Shown: positions 27,861 through 43,521, counted from the first letter of the whole stretch. The stretch: 63,926 nucleotides of DNA, filler included, from Octopus bimaculoides (GCF_001194135.2; 8 parts of 6 records of this genome joined end to end with filler, not necessarily neighbours in it), one strand, 5' to 3'. The notes: a model not told the origin generated them from the letters alone. Numbers and translations: made by a program.

Positions 27861-28684
27861 TGTAATGTAGAGGTATAACTAATATATTGCTCATTGAACT
27901 CACTACCTCACGATTGTGAGCCCGACGCTCTAACCACTGATCCATGCACCTTCACGTCCTTTAAAGGCAACAGAGTCATTAAATAATGCAGGACACATAT
28001 CAAGTTTGGGCTATATATCCTGGGGAAGGAGACATAATGAGATAATGTGGCCCCTTCACATAACTACCGAGCAAATTTTAATAAGTTTTTGCTAACAGAC
28101 TATGATTTGTTGGCCTGTTTTTAATATTTTATTATTAGTAACAATTTGTGTGCCAGCAACAGATACAAATAATCTGTTCGTGCTTATCTTAAGCCTTTAA
28201 AAGAACTGGGATAGTCACGACCTGAAAGCTTTTAATTCTAGGTCTGTCGAATCAGGACTGATCTGGTACTAAACATCGACTACAAGGTGGACGGTTAACA
28301 ACATTGATGTGATTGTTAAATGGCTTATATCACGTTTATATTAGACAACGTCATTCCACACTGCAGGCTGAAGATCCTGCTGTTGTAAGTGAGAAGGCAA
28401 ATTGGCCACATGGGAAGGCAGCAATAAAGACTGATAATTTCCATGGTTGAATTTGACGGGAAGAATTCTTGACAAACTTTAGCAACGGTGCAATAGAGAA
28501 ATAACTAACTTGTTCAAATGCGACTTCGCCAAATACGACTACGTAGGCATAGATATAGGGTGGGTTGGGGGGAAGCAAGACGGANNNNNNNNNNNNNNNN
28601 NNNNNNNNNNNNNNNNNNNNNNNNNNNNTTAATTAATTAANNNNNNNNNNNNNNNNNNNNNNNNNNNNNNNNNNNNNNNNNNNN

Positions 28685-28920
28685 TATATATATGTATGTG
28701 TGTGCATATGTTTGAGTGTCTGTGTTTGTCCCCCCAACATCGCTTGACTACCGATGCTGGTGTGTTTACGTCCCCGTAAATTAGCGGTTCGGCTAAAGAG
28801 ATCGATAGAATAAGTACTAGGCTTACAAATAATAAGTCCTGGGGTCGATTAGCTCGACTAAAAGGCGGTGCTCCAGCATGGCCACAGTCAAATGACTGAA
28901 ACAAGTAAAAGAGTAAAGAG
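28685..28920 (+). mobile_element. family B SINE, 3' half
   Basis: gtcccccaacatcgcttgac...ggcggtgctccagcatggcc...aagtaaaagagt; the 5' half is in the preceding gap. Confidence 0.85.
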
Positions 28921-29169
28921 TATCTTATTGAATCTAATAACAGCTTTATAACAAATCATACCATGCCTACTGAGGAGGCCAAACTCCAACAATACGTTGA
29001 AGTATTGAATCAAAAGGATTTGACCCTTTTAATTCAATCTCTTGTCACCACATAAACTCAATATTTTTGTGAGGAAAAAACCCAATTTTTTAATGGAGCT
29101 GAGATAACCAAAAGATACCCACCATTCTTTCTTTTCATATACAGTCTGTTTACGTTTGCAGTTAACACT

Positions 29170-31100
<1,931 letters not shown>

Positions 31101-31186
31101 TTTCTGTGTCTTCGGCTGCTGAATGGTTAGAGCAGCAAAGAACACGTCCAGCCGCTGTCCCTTATTATTACTATCATTATTATTAA

Positions 31187-31221
31187 GGCGGCGAGTTCGC
31201 AGAATCGTTAGCACACCCGGT
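31187..31221 (+). mobile_element. truncated family A SINE head
   Basis: ggcggcgagttcgcagaatcgttagcacacccgg, cut where the Tx1-like element begins. Confidence 0.7.
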
Positions 31222-34200
31222 ACATAAAACAATTGGAGCACTTCCAATCAAATGTTATGAGAGACACTACCTGATGCTACCTGTAAAAGACTAGAGCAGG
31301 CAATACGCTAGCAGACTGAAAAATGCTTATGATCAATTTGGAAGTGCAAAACTTATCTAGCCAGGGGGGGAAATATGGGTCTGTCGAAGTGAAGTTCGCC
31401 TCAGAGGAGGAAGTCAAACATCACTCAACAGCAGCTCTAACGAGTGACGAACTCATCCTCATCCCCATCCACCTTGGCCGAGGGGTATTCAAAGTAAGAA
31501 TATTACATATACCACCAGAAATAAACCCCTGTTGCTTGGTGGCTGCGGCTCTCTTCTGCAGGTACAGAAAATACGCAGAGATGGCATAAAGTTTGACGTA
31601 GGTTTTGAGGACAGAAGGCCGATATTTCATTGTGCGGGTACGTAAATCCCCTCAAAGCTTTCTGCCCACAACAGAAGAGAGAAAGGATCTCCTCTCACAC
31701 TTTTGCCGACACCACCACCACAACAACACCAGCAGAGGCAACTGACCAGTACAACTGCAAAAAATAACAGTAACACTAGCAGCAACAGCAAACACTGCAG
31801 CACCAACAAGAGTAGCAGCAACATCAATCACTGCAGCACCGACAGCAGTAGCAGCAACGAGGTCAACAACAGTGGAAACAACAACAGCAAGCAGATCAGA
31901 GAGCTCACCAACATCTATGACTTACACATACCAGAGAGCAGCAAAAATAACAATATCAGAACCCCCTCTTCCCAAAATAAGAATTTTATTATCAACAGAA
32001 CGACATCAAAATTCTTCACAAGACATACAAGTTCGCAGCAGTCAAGCATGTCTCTAGTGAGTGGTGAAGACGAAGAGCTTAAATGGCAGAAAAATCAGCA
32101 GGTCTAACAAAAGAAAAAGCACACCACTATCAACACAAAAAACTGGCAGGTATGGTCAGAAGGAGAGACACTTTTGATAACAAATACATAAATATCTTCC
32201 CCAACAGCAGCCACACCAGCACCGTCAACATTATCCCCATCACTACCACCACCACCAACAACAACAACAACACCAACACAACACAACTCTATTCACACAC
32301 ACAACTCTCAGATCGCACGGCACATCAGTAAAATTCAAACATTATTAACTACACAGCAATAAACACGAACAATAAAGAACTGATGGAACTGATGGAACAT
32401 ACAGTCATCACACACTTTCTCACTCTCTCTCTTTCTCTCTCTTTCCCTCTCTCTCTCTCTCCCTCTCTCTCTCACACACACACACATACACACAGATTTT
32501 ATCACACCGACAAACAAACAACATGCCAACACACAAAAGTCATCCCAACGTCATACAAATCACATAAAACACCATAAAAACTAAATACTAGAAGTATCAA
32601 CAAAAGAGTATAAAGAATGCTACTGAAAATATCTTTATATAACCATTAGGTCGAAACATTCATCCCTACATCGCCAACAAAATCATTGTAAGTACATTTT
32701 CTGCATCTATTATTTAATCTAACATGGTTTTGCATAAGATAGGCAGTATAAATGAACATGGCCTGAAGTCGCCTTGGAAACAAAGTCATTTAATCAACAG
32801 TCTCAGGTCGCTAAGCATAGATGTGATGACTATCAATGAAATCAAACTCTCTGACCGAAAGCGTTACGCCCATTTTTGGTGGTTACGAGATCTATTTATT
32901 TCCATGTCAACCGGGAATGAAAGGGTGAAACTGTATTGTTGTTACGGAGGTCTGGATCTCAAGATAAGAACTACCTTCCTGGATCCAGATGGTAAGTTGG
33001 TGGTCCTGGATGTAAACAATAATGACGGGGGTACTCTCACATTGGTCGCTGTTTATGCTCCTGCGGAAATCCGAGATGCGATAATGGGTTGTGCGGAGGT
33101 GGGAGGCAACTTGCCTAGTTTAGATGATCTGACCTACATGATTACTTTTATATGCCAGACTTGTTTGATGGCCTGTTAGCAGATATCTGCCGTAAATGAC
33201 TGCAGAACGGAATAATTTTCACTGCTGTGAGCCGAGGAGCGGTGGCACTGCTGAGAAAAACCCATCAAGAGGAATCAAATAGAAAATTTTAGCCCATAAC
33301 GTTGCTGAACGCAAATTTCAAACTTTTGGCCAAGGTGCTTACAAAGAGGTTGGCGATTGTCGTCGAGGTGCTGATTGATAATGCGCAAAAATGTGGAATC
33401 CCAAGTAGATCCTTCCACGACAAATTCCACATTATGCGATACATCATATACAGCATGGTAAAGACGCTGGCATGGGTGGGTCCTGATCAGTTTGGATCAA
33501 TTTAAAGTCTTTGATAGGGTCGACCAATACTTGACGGCTGCCCCTTTTTCGTGGCTGGATCGCTGCAATGCACAGTGATATCTGCTCGGTAGTTCAGATT
33601 CATGGTTACCTAACGGAACCATTCAGCATCATGGTTTCGGTCTGCCAAGAGTATCCAGCGCGAACTAGGAAGTGAGAGAATCATGTCGGAATATTCAGAC
33701 AACGTCATCGTCTTTATGTTGAACAGCAGGTCGGCACTGTTCTAAAAGAATAGGAGGCGGCGTTAGGAGCAAAAATTAACCAAGAAATATCAATGACCCT
33801 GCAGCTCAGCACCTGGAGAGGCAGGTCCATGCCGTCTAATAACGTAGTAGACGCTGGACGGAGGGGCCGGTGAAATTGCTCGAGGTCTGGTTTGGTCCCG
33901 ATCTCCAGGTGGAGAAGAACTAGGACGATGCAACGAACAGAGTAGTCAATCTCCCCCAGAAATGGGCCATGAGGAAGGTATCCCTCCGTCACATATCACC
34001 GACTGACCATCGTACCTTGCCCTAGTTTACGTCTGACCAAACTGAAGACGTACTCTTACGCTTCCTGTGGAGGAGATACTTTCAACTGGTCAGGTACTCC
34101 GTTTGTTATCAACACCCGCTGAATGAAGGGCTGGGCATGTCGTGGCTGCTGATGCGCAGACATGCGCTGGGACTTTGACATCTCCAGTGTTTTCTTGACA

Positions 34201-35090
34201 GTAAATGGTTGTGGTCGCCGTTGGTCAGATAGGATTTTTACATACCTCATTTGTTTGTCTGATTTGCAGTTCTGAATCAAGCGTAGACCGAGGCAGGGCA
34301 CCTGGCACCTTGAGTGCCGTCAGGTGCTCACATACCTTTGTCAATCGGGAAACGCAGTCGGTAGAAACTTCACTCATGCGTTCTGTAGAAGGTTGGTGGA
34401 AAGCAAGTGCGACGACGTTCTCAGGGAGACTCTGGGCGTTGACGAGAATGAGCTGCATGATCTGTTCCGGAGGACTCTCGAGCCAGGGCCTGTGGATAAT
34501 TTCCAGAAATTCTTGGCCTGACAGTGCTAACGGGGAGCATTACCGGGTCGGGAGAAACTCTAGAGGAATGGAAGCGCTGTCAGCTGGGCTTGCCCAAGAT
34601 GCGCACAGAGCGATGAAACTCTTCTGCACGCTCTCATCCAGTATCCGAGTATTGTTGACTTGTGGGATTATGTCGAACACCTGCTGTTGCGTGTAGAGCA
34701 GATCCTACTATCAGGTGAGTATATCGTGAAGATCTCCCCGCAGCCTTCCTTTAATCGGGAATGGCAGAAAGTGAGAGTAGAGAGGGAAATGCTGCCTCCC
34801 AGCAATTTTGTTAAAATGTGAGTTAGGCCCGAGTGAATGGGCCATCTCTAAGCATGCGCCTATAGATCGAGAATAGATGTAGAGGAGAGGGCACTTACCC
34901 TGGAGGTCAGAGTCATCATTAATTTTGTGGAGTTTCAGCGAGCAGCACTTCGAAGTTACCCTCTTTTCGGTATTTTAATTGTTAGAATTTTCAATGTTAT
35001 TCTTTATTTACACTTTTCAGTCCTACTCTATTTGTATGGCATTGTCCTGTAATCGTCCCCAATCTTTTTATATAAAACCTCAATTGTTAA
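31222..35090 (+). mobile_element. L1/Tx1-clade LINE with ORF1 remnant and internally deleted ORF2
   Basis: ORF1-like peptide at 31323-31589; APE start (IGSINEHGLKSPWKQ...LVVLDV...VAVYAP) from 32724; RT pieces (LLNANFKLLAKVL, KLLEVWFGPD); 3' CPRCAQSDETLLHAL zinc-binding motif at about 34590-34640. Homologous to 7327-9925 in the opposite orientation. Confidence 0.85.
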
Positions 35091-35134
35091 TAACGAAATG
35101 ACTATTATTATTATTGTTATCATTATTATTATTT

Positions 35135-36385
35135 TACTTCTCAGAACACTCGATCTTCTTTGGTAGATTCTGTGAGAGCGGACAGCAGCCTGCTTCCAGA
35201 GATCTCACGAGGTCTTTTCCGCACATTATAAGCTTTGATACTTGGTTGCTAATAATCGTGTGAGACATTCAGCATCCAAGTACCAATCTCAAAATCCTAG
35301 CTGTCCCCAGCAGAGCAACTTTGGAGGCTTGCATTGCTCTTATGTCAATTCCGATTTCTCTAACATATTTCTCGAACATGGTTGTTAGTGCTCCGAGTGC
35401 CCCCTACAGCTACTGGAATGACAGACAGACACTCTCCTCATAGTCTTTTTCGTCTTTTAGTAGTCTGTATTTTTCAATATTTTCTCGTTCTTTGTCACTT
35501 ATGCGTGTATCCCTAGGTATTGCAATATCTCTAATCTCGGTTTCCCTTTTCCTTTATCTACCACAATATCTGGTCTCCGAGCATCGATTAAGGAGTCACA
35601 TTTGATTGTAAAATCCCAAAGTACCTTATATTCCTTGTACTCGGTGACTCCTTCTGGTTCATGTTCGCACAATTTCCGTACTCTGCCCAGGCCGTACTTT
35701 TCACATAACCTCCAATAGACGAACATAGCCACGTTATCGTGCCTTTTCAGCCAGCTTGTTAATATCATTCACAATATGTGATATTGTTTCATTTTTGCTG
35801 AGATACATCCTACAAAGGGGCGATTAGCTACTCTTATCTATGTGGAATTTGGTGTAATTAGTTCTCTGCGTGTTCTTGAGCGTTGCATATCAATGTCTCA
35901 GTGCATCCTTCGAGATCATTTTTTCTTAGCCATCTCCAAATGTTCATCTTGTCTTCCCTTCCATTTGTCTAAGGTATTGCCAATAGTGATTTCATTTTCC
36001 AATTCTTTACTCTTCTTCTTCATATTGTTTCTTAAATGTTTGTGGGTGCATCACATTTTCGGTAGATATTGTATTGTCAATTCTAACTGCGACTACTAGT
36101 AAGGATTCACTCTGCTGCTTTATGTACCATCCCGGAATGTTCTCTTTGACAACACAGATTTTGCATCCTATTGGATTTCTTCCTTCTCGCTTCCTAGTCA
36201 CATACAGTCTGTCAGTATCGCTTTTCGAGTGTAGTTCCTTGTTAATTGTATTTTTCTGGTTTTCCTGTCCATTTCCTCAAGCTCGTTCTTTGTCCACCTA
36301 ACAATACCTGTGCCATATCGCATTAAGGAAACAACCAATGTGTTCATTGTCCATTGAGCCTACTTCCCATGTTTAATGGCGGTTA
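35135..36385 (-). mobile_element. R4/Dong-like LINE 3' remnant (restriction-like endonuclease)
   Basis: KRHDNVAMFVYWRLCEKYG...VLWDFTIKCDSLIDARRPDIVV (RPD motif of the RLE); bounded by (TTA)n on both sides. Confidence 0.85.
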
Positions 36386-36459
<74 letters not shown>

Positions 36460-36471
36460 TATCATTATTGT

Positions 36472-36578
36472 TCAGTAGTTTTATTTTTATAACGTGCTTT
36501 CACTTCACTACCGAGCGCAGCTCTGTGCGCCTTGGGTATGTGCTGTGGTTTGCTGTGGTGCTCTTATGTTTACTGTAT
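36472..36578 (-). mobile_element. 3' UTR of another copy of the 29312-31100 family
   Basis: cagtagttttatttttataacgtgctttcac...ttgggtatgtgctgtg closely matches 29312-29395; preceded by (TTA)n and runs into a gap. Confidence 0.8.
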
Positions 36579-36679
36579 NNNNNNNNNNNNNNNNNNNNNN
36601 NNNNNNNNNNNNNNNNNNNNNNTTAATTAATTAANNNNNNNNNNNNNNNNNNNNNNNNNNNNNNNNNNNNNNNNNNNNC

Positions 36680-36900
36680 CTGAAAGGATGAAAGGAAAAG
36701 TCGACTGTGGAATTTGAACTCAGAACGTAGCGACAGGAGAAATACCGGTAAGCATTTCGTCCAGCGTGCTAACGATTCTGCCAGCTCGCCGCCTTTGCAT
36801 AAAGATAACAATAATGGCTTCAAATTTTGGCAAAAGGCCAACCAGTAATATTTTTAGTGAAGAGGGTAAATTGATTCCATCGACTCACCTGGGGTTTATT
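36680..36900 (-). mobile_element. family A SINE
   Basis: Reverse complement of family A (aaaggatgaaagg...ctgccagctcgcc). Confidence 0.85.
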
Positions 36901-37419
36901 TTATCGACTCATCAGCATTCGACCTCGGGGATCTTTTCTGCTTGGCTCCCACTTTGAAATTAGAAAATTTAGTGAAAATTTTCAAATTCGGTATATTGAT
37001 GTAATTTTTCACGTAATTTTTCACTTTGCCAGAAAAATTTTGGGAGAATGCCTCAGCGATTTAAACATTGATTATTTCTACCCAATCAGAAAACAGGATT
37101 TGGAAACTCGCATCTTGTACGTGATGACAACATTACGATGACAAAACAGTCAACGACGGTAATTCTCAGTTTTAATGAATAAAGTCATGTGAAATGTTGG
37201 AACAGGTAGGTAAACGATATCAAAAGAAAAAGGTCCTCAATGAAGTTTTTTTTGCAAAAAATTACAAAAATAAAAAGAAAGCAAAAACATACTGAATGCC
37301 AGATTACGAAAACACAAACTGAACTATAAATTATTAAAAAAAAATAATAAAATTAAAATCAGAAAGAACACTGTAGTTCAGTTCTTGTGAAAAATGCATA
37401 TTTTGTAGCTAAGATTCAA

Positions 37420-37830
37420 AAACGAAAGTTTGTGATGCACTCTGGGATTTTGTCGAAACAAATTACAATTTTGTTTCTCCTACGTCACATAAACTCGCAG
37501 AATTTATGTCAACCATAGAACGGTGGGTGTCACCACGTCGTTCATAACTTCGTTTTACAGAGGCCCATGTGCTTTACACTCACTGCGTGTGGGTAACATC
37601 TTTCGAATTAATAAACTCAACGCTACGGTTCATTGTTTTTTGTTGAAAACTATAACTATCAATTTTAAGAACGAGAGAGTAGGCTCTCCACAAGTCATTG
37701 AAAATTGTGGTTTCTGGAAGAATTGACAGACGTAGGCTTTCCCCCAGTGTGCTGTGATTTCGACAGGGCACTGCATAAAGAAAGCATGTCTCATCTCGCG
37801 ACACACTCTTCCTAAAACTCACTGCTTAGA
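37420..37830 (-). mobile_element. Merlin (IS1016/ISXO2-like) DDE transposase remnant
   Basis: CFLYAVPCRNHSTL...ILPETTIFNDLWRAY...NRSVEFINSKDVTHTQ..STWASVKR follows the ILPGTTIxSDxWRAY / NHSxxF / HTQxIESxW pattern of Merlin transposases. Confidence 0.82.
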
Positions 37831-38144
37831 TAGCACCCTTCCTTGGTTAGCAGATTATAACTTGGTTGAAAACAAGCACCAATATGTCTGTGGCTTCCGA
37901 ATGGCTAAAATTACCCAAAATTTACAAACTTTAAAAGTTATCAACTTTTTATTAATTAATTTATTTTGTATTCTAACCATTTGCATAATTAGAATACAAA
38001 ACTACATCAATACACCAAATTGGAAATCAACTGGAACAAAATTAGAGGACTTGAAAAGTGTGAACTAAACAGGAAGATCAGCCCTCAGAATGTAAAGGGC
38101 AGGAAGAAATGCCTTAACATATTTTGGTCGACGCACTAACGATT

Positions 38145-38148
38145 CTCC

Positions 38149-38183
<35 letters not shown>

Positions 38184-38365
38184 CCTTCTGCTATAGGCAC
38201 AAGGCCTGAAATTTTAGGTGTTGGAGTTAGTCGATTACTTATCGACCTCGATAAGATGACAAACAAAATCGACCTCGGTGAAATTTTAGTTCAGAACGTA
38301 GAAAGCCGGAAGAAAAGCCTCTAAATATTTTGTCCAACATGCTAATGATTCTGTCAGTTCGCCAT
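38145..38365 (-). mobile_element. family A SINE after a (GAAA)n tail
   Basis: Reverse-complement match to family A. Confidence 0.8.
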
Positions 38366-38909
38366 TTTACAAAAAAGAAAAATCTCTTCGATGGCTTTTG
38401 TATTTCATTAATTGTTTTTTTTTCTTTTTACTAGAAATATAATTATATTTAAAAATAATCGAATCTACTTCGCTAATAGTTTCATATCTGTCCTCGGTGA
38501 AGCAATCTGAGATTTCGTTTTATTGAGTTTTTTATTTTTTTTCTAGTTTGATAATGATGTAAATGAAATGAAATGGTAACAACTGAGAATAAATATCGGT
38601 GCATCTGTGTGTGTATGTGTGGCGGGGGAGAACAAACATTATTCACGGCTTATCGTTTAATTAAATCGATATTAAAATGTTCATGATTGTTTGCTTTAAA
38701 TAGNNNNNNNNNNNNNNNNNNNNNNNNNNNNNNNNNNNNNNNNNNNNNNNNNNNNNNNNNNNNNNNNNNNNNNNNNNNNNNNNNNNNNNNNNNNNNNNNN
38801 NNNNNNNNNNNNNNNNNNNNNNNNNNNNNNNNNNNNNNNNNNNNNNNNNNNNNNNNNNNNNNNNNNNNNNNNNNNNNNNNNNNNNNNNNNNNNNNNNNNN
38901 NNNNNNNNN

Positions 38910-38943
<34 letters not shown>

Positions 38944-39449
38944 CATCAACATCAACAACAACAACAAGGATGGAGAATATCATATATTTGCTTGATGATT
39001 TCACCATATAGGACTAACGATCATTTCTATTTTGCCAGCATGTTTCGATATAGAAAAAGGTACAAAATACCATTCAGTCCAATATATCCGAAGTCTATGC
39101 AGACACAGTTAACAGTGCCAGCCATAACAAATTGAATGTTAAACGAACTGATATAATAGCTATAATATATGAACGCAGACAAAAAGAGCGCTAAGAAGAA
39201 GTATTGTTTTTTTAGGGAAGCCAGTTTAGTATTTAAACTTACGATGACGTCTGTAGACAACGAAAGAATAAAAAATAAATATAAAAATGCTACAACTGAG
39301 TGCTTTCTAGATATCTACCTGAATTTATTAATCCATATTACCAGTAACATACATACACACATGCATGAATACATACATACATACGTACATACATCACCCA
39401 AATATTGTTGTGTGGGATCACAAAGAAAAGATATGTTCTTTCGTGGAAA

Positions 39450-39730
39450 TCGGTTGCCCTTAGAAAACGAATGAGCTTAGAAAAATACAAGACAGAGAGG
39501 ACATTTAAGGACCTTTGATAAGGAGTTTGCAAATCCAGTGCCCAAGATACTCTTCATACCTATTAGAATTGGAGCAACAGGATACATACCAAACCGTCTG
39601 GAGCAAAGTATGGTGAAACTCGGGATCTTGTGGAGGGAACGCAAATCCTTAATTCATACGCATCAAATGATAACGATATCTGGTACTATAAAAATCTGCA
39701 GCACCTTCTTAAGATTTAAAGAATATCGGT
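39450..39730 (+). mobile_element. R4/Dong-like LINE extreme C-terminal remnant
   Basis: ILFIPIRIGATGYIPNRLEQSMVKLG...ITISGTIKICSTFL resembles the PIIIGA(L/T)G...GTxxI tail of RLE-type LINEs. Confidence 0.6.
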
Positions 39731-39798
39731 TAAAAGATACTTTCCTTTGCAACCATGCTACCAAGTAGGTGAGCGGTCAAAATAAAAAGAGAAAGAGA

Positions 39799-39829
<31 letters not shown>

Positions 39830-41569
39830 CNNNNNNNNNNNNNNNNNNNNNNNNNNNNNNNNNNNNNNNNNNNNNNNNNNNNNNNNNNNNNNNNNNNNNN
39901 NNNNNNNNNNNNNNNNNNNNNNNNNNNNNNNNNNNNNNNNNNNNNNNNNNNNNNNNNNNNNNNNNNNNNNNNNNNNNNNNNNNNNNNNNNNNNNNNNNNN
40001 NNNNNNNNNNNNNNNNNNNNNNNNNNNNNNNNNNNNNNNNNNNNNNNNNNNNNNNNNNNNNNNNNNNNNNNNNNNNNNNNNNNNNNNNNNNNNNNNNNNN
40101 NNNNNNNNNNNNNNNNNNNNNNNNNNNNNNNNNNNNNNNNNNNNNNNNNNNNNNNNNNNNNNNNNNNNNNNNNNNNNNNNNNNNNNNNNNNNNNNNNNNN
40201 NNNNNNNNNNNNNNNNNNNNNNNNNNNNNNNNNNNNNNNNNNNNNNNNNNNNNNNNNNNNNNNNNNNNNNNNNNNNNNNNNNNNNNNNNNNNNNNNNNNN
40301 NNNNNNNNNNNNNNNNNNNNNNNNNNNNNNNNNNNNNNNNNNNNNNNNNNNNNNNNNNNNNNNNNNNNNNNNNNNNNNNNNNNNNNNNNNNNNNNNNNNN
40401 NNNNNNNNNNNNNNNNNNNNNNNNNNNNNNNNNNNNNNNNNNNNNNNNNNNNNNNNNNNNNNNNNNNNNNNNNNNNNNNNNNNNNNNNNNNNNNNNNNNN
40501 NNNNNNNNNNNNNNNNNNNNNNNNNNNNNNNNNNNNNNNNNNNNNNNNNNNNNNNNNNNNNNNNNNNNNNNNNNNNNNNNNNNNNNNNNNNNNNNNNNNN
40601 NNNNNNNNNNNNNNNNNNNNNNNNNNNNNNNNNNNNNNNNNNNNNNNNNNNNNNNNNNNNNNNNNNNNNNNNNNNNNNNNNNNNNNNNNNNNNNNNNNNN
40701 NNNNNNNNNNNNNNNNNNNNNNNNNNNNNNNNNNNNNNNNNNNNNNNNNNNNNNNNNNNNNNNNNNNNNNNNNNNNNNNNNNTAGTTGGATGAGGTGTTC
40801 ACGTGCTCAGGTGATTAATTCTGATCATAAACATTAATCAATTAGCTTCACATATGTTTCGGAGAATTGAAATGGTTTGCTGTGATGTTCATATCTTGAC
40901 AAACCAAAAACTGTTCAAACTATAAACGGCTGATTTCTCTTAGTTTATCAAGCATCAATTTCTCCCAGGTGAAAAAAAAAAAAAACTTCGCCAAGGAATC
41001 GAACCCTTATTGCAAAGTCGGTTCACTAATCTTATACTACCTTATACTACCTTGTTATTGTTATTTAACCTCAGATCTGGGTAACGTACGATCATCACTC
41101 CGGACATGCCCATCCCATCTGTTGCATATCTGCCACTATATTTTCCAATGTCCTCTTCAAGTCCGTAAGAGTGACTGCATAGGGGACCTTTCAGCAACGT
41201 AAATGAAAGGAAATACGACATAAACTCCTGCCTTAGAATCGAAACCTGGAAGGTTTGATTCAACCATTGATATTGATGTAAACTACCAGACTTCATTCCA
41301 GATTTCTTGTTCTTTATTTCCTTTGGTAAGTTATGTTGAGTTAAGAAGATTGTTGCTTCAATAACAGCGTTTCATTGATCCGTAAACATTACCGTTGATC
41401 CGAATCCTTCAGCTAACGCTTCACTACACGTCAACTGAAGCGACATCGTGCAAGTAAAATATTTGTGGTTCTATCCAGGATTGAAACCCGACCCTCCTGG
41501 GAAAGATAAAAAGCTGTTTCATTTATTTATTTACTTAACAAAAAAAAATTGTAGTTCAATACACATAAT

Positions 41570-41765
41570 GGTTTCACATGTTGGCACAAGACCAGCAACT
41601 TTGAGGGAGGGGTATGTTGATTTAATCGATTCCAGTGCTCAACTGGTACTTATTTTATCGACTCCGAAAGGATGAAAGGCAAAGTAGACCCAAACCCCGG
41701 CGTAACGGACGAAATGCCGCTAAGCATTTTCCCGTCGTGCTAACGATTCTGCCAGCTTGCCGCTT
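41570..41765 (-). mobile_element. family A SINE
   Basis: Reverse-complement match to family A. Confidence 0.82.
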
Positions 41766-41887
41766 TTAGTTCAATACATATAAAAAATTACGGAGACTTT
41801 GATCGAGAACTATTTTCCAGGCAGCCAAAACATCGACACGAATTCAATTCCTATTTGAAGTCAGTTCATCTTAGTTATAAAGTAACT

Positions 41888-42190
41888 AGCACTCCGTCGG
41901 TTACGATGACGAGAGTATCAGTTGATCCGATCAACAGAACAGCCTACTCGTGAAGTTAACGTGCAAGTGGCTGAGCACTCCACAGACACGTAGTTGTCAG
42001 CGGGGTTCAGCGTGACACAGAATGTGACAAGGCCGACCCTCTAAAATACAGGTGCAACTCATTTTTGCTAACTGTGTTGGCTGGAGCAACGTGAAATAAA
42101 GTGTTCTGTTCAAAGATACAACGCACGTCCGGGTACCAAACTCATGACCTTACGATCGTACGCTGAATAGCTTCCACTGAACCACGCCCT
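41888..42190 (-). mobile_element. family C SINE
   Basis: gcactccgtcggttacgatgacg...ctgagcactccacagacacg..., same body as 25295-25835. Confidence 0.85.
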
Positions 42191-43521
42191 TTCACTGGTT
42201 ATAAAGTATATACCCGTGGGAAACATATGACTGCCGTAACAACTCGTGTTTCTTTCCTTTATTATACAGGTATTCAGGGTCTAATCAACATACATGCTGA
42301 GTCAAAGAACTCATGGGTGTGTAACTCAGATGTCACGTCGCAGATACGTAGTTTCGCGTTCCATTCAACTGGGTGACATCTTCCACCAAAAATTAGGAAA
42401 AGGAGATGGTGGTAAATGTAATTTTAAAAGAACCTTAGGAAAGATTTCTATGAATACATCGTGTCTTTCAGAAATCATTATAGTATATAAGGCGTTGCAT
42501 ATATATATGCATGAATAGCATATATATATATATATAGAAGATGTACTTGCAAATTTTGAAATTGAAATCAAATGTTATTCAAACGTAATCTGCTTCGGAC
42601 AAATATATCTATCTAATAAAATAAATAAATAAAACAAGGGAAGACTGTCAGAGTTCAAGCTACATGACACGTCTTGCTGTACATCTTGAAGACCAGCAAA
42701 GAGTTTAATTTCACATTGGCAACGCTCAGCAAGCTGCTCAGGCACAAAGGGACCATGACACTACTCTCACTGCATGGTTCAAACCCAATGAGCATGATGA
42801 TGATGCAAGGAACCACTTGTACCTTGACATTCCGCTGCATTGTGTTTAATGAGCGCAGTAGAACATGGACACCAAGGCAAAGGAATACTCATATTTATTT
42901 CTTTATTGCCCACAGGGGTGGAAGGAATACTAATATCATCAAAAGAATGTATACAGTGAGCCCTAGAGACACAAAAAGATTTCACTTGCGAATGTTTCAG
43001 CCGCCATGAGCTTCCAGGATTTGTGCACTGTAGAAGCAGAAATCTTGTCAACATTTAAGGCAGCATGCCTGAGATATGGTCTTCTCTCAATCAATGACAT
43101 ACTGGAACATGCATTGCTAGAAGCTGCTGCCTGTTGGGGACCCTTACAATTGCGTGTTATGTTTGCTGCCCTGTGCAGGTATATCAACCCTGCAAATGCT
43201 CTTCACCTGTGGACTATTCACAAGGAATCCATGATTAAAGATTTCTTGCACCAAGGTTTTAAAGCAGAACACACAGAAAACATGGGACTGCACGCAATTG
43301 ATGCAATTCTGATAGAAAATGGCATTAATTGTTTAGCAATTGAGCTGCCTGAAACTATTGGAATACCGCAGCTTGAGTATCATGAAGACCTCGATCACCC
43401 AGGCATTGCAACACTTACTAATGAACAGAGACTGATTGCTAATGACGTGCTTGAATCTGGAGATAAGAAGAGGAGAGGTGAGGTGCTCAACCACTCCTGT
43501 TTCTATATAGATGTTCCAGGA

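Noticed and set aside
35092-35101. cgaaatg after the Tx1-like element, as the possible continuation of the SINE cut at 31221
   Set aside because: Only 7 nt match and no TSD is visible.
39769-40802. ORFs of 200-430 aa spanning N runs (also 18263, 48278, 53429, 57652)
   Set aside because: They are open only because Ns contain no stop codons.
41042-41296. Minus-strand ORF with possible splice sites
   Set aside because: No recognisable domain, and alternative frames look equally plausible; cannot be supported.
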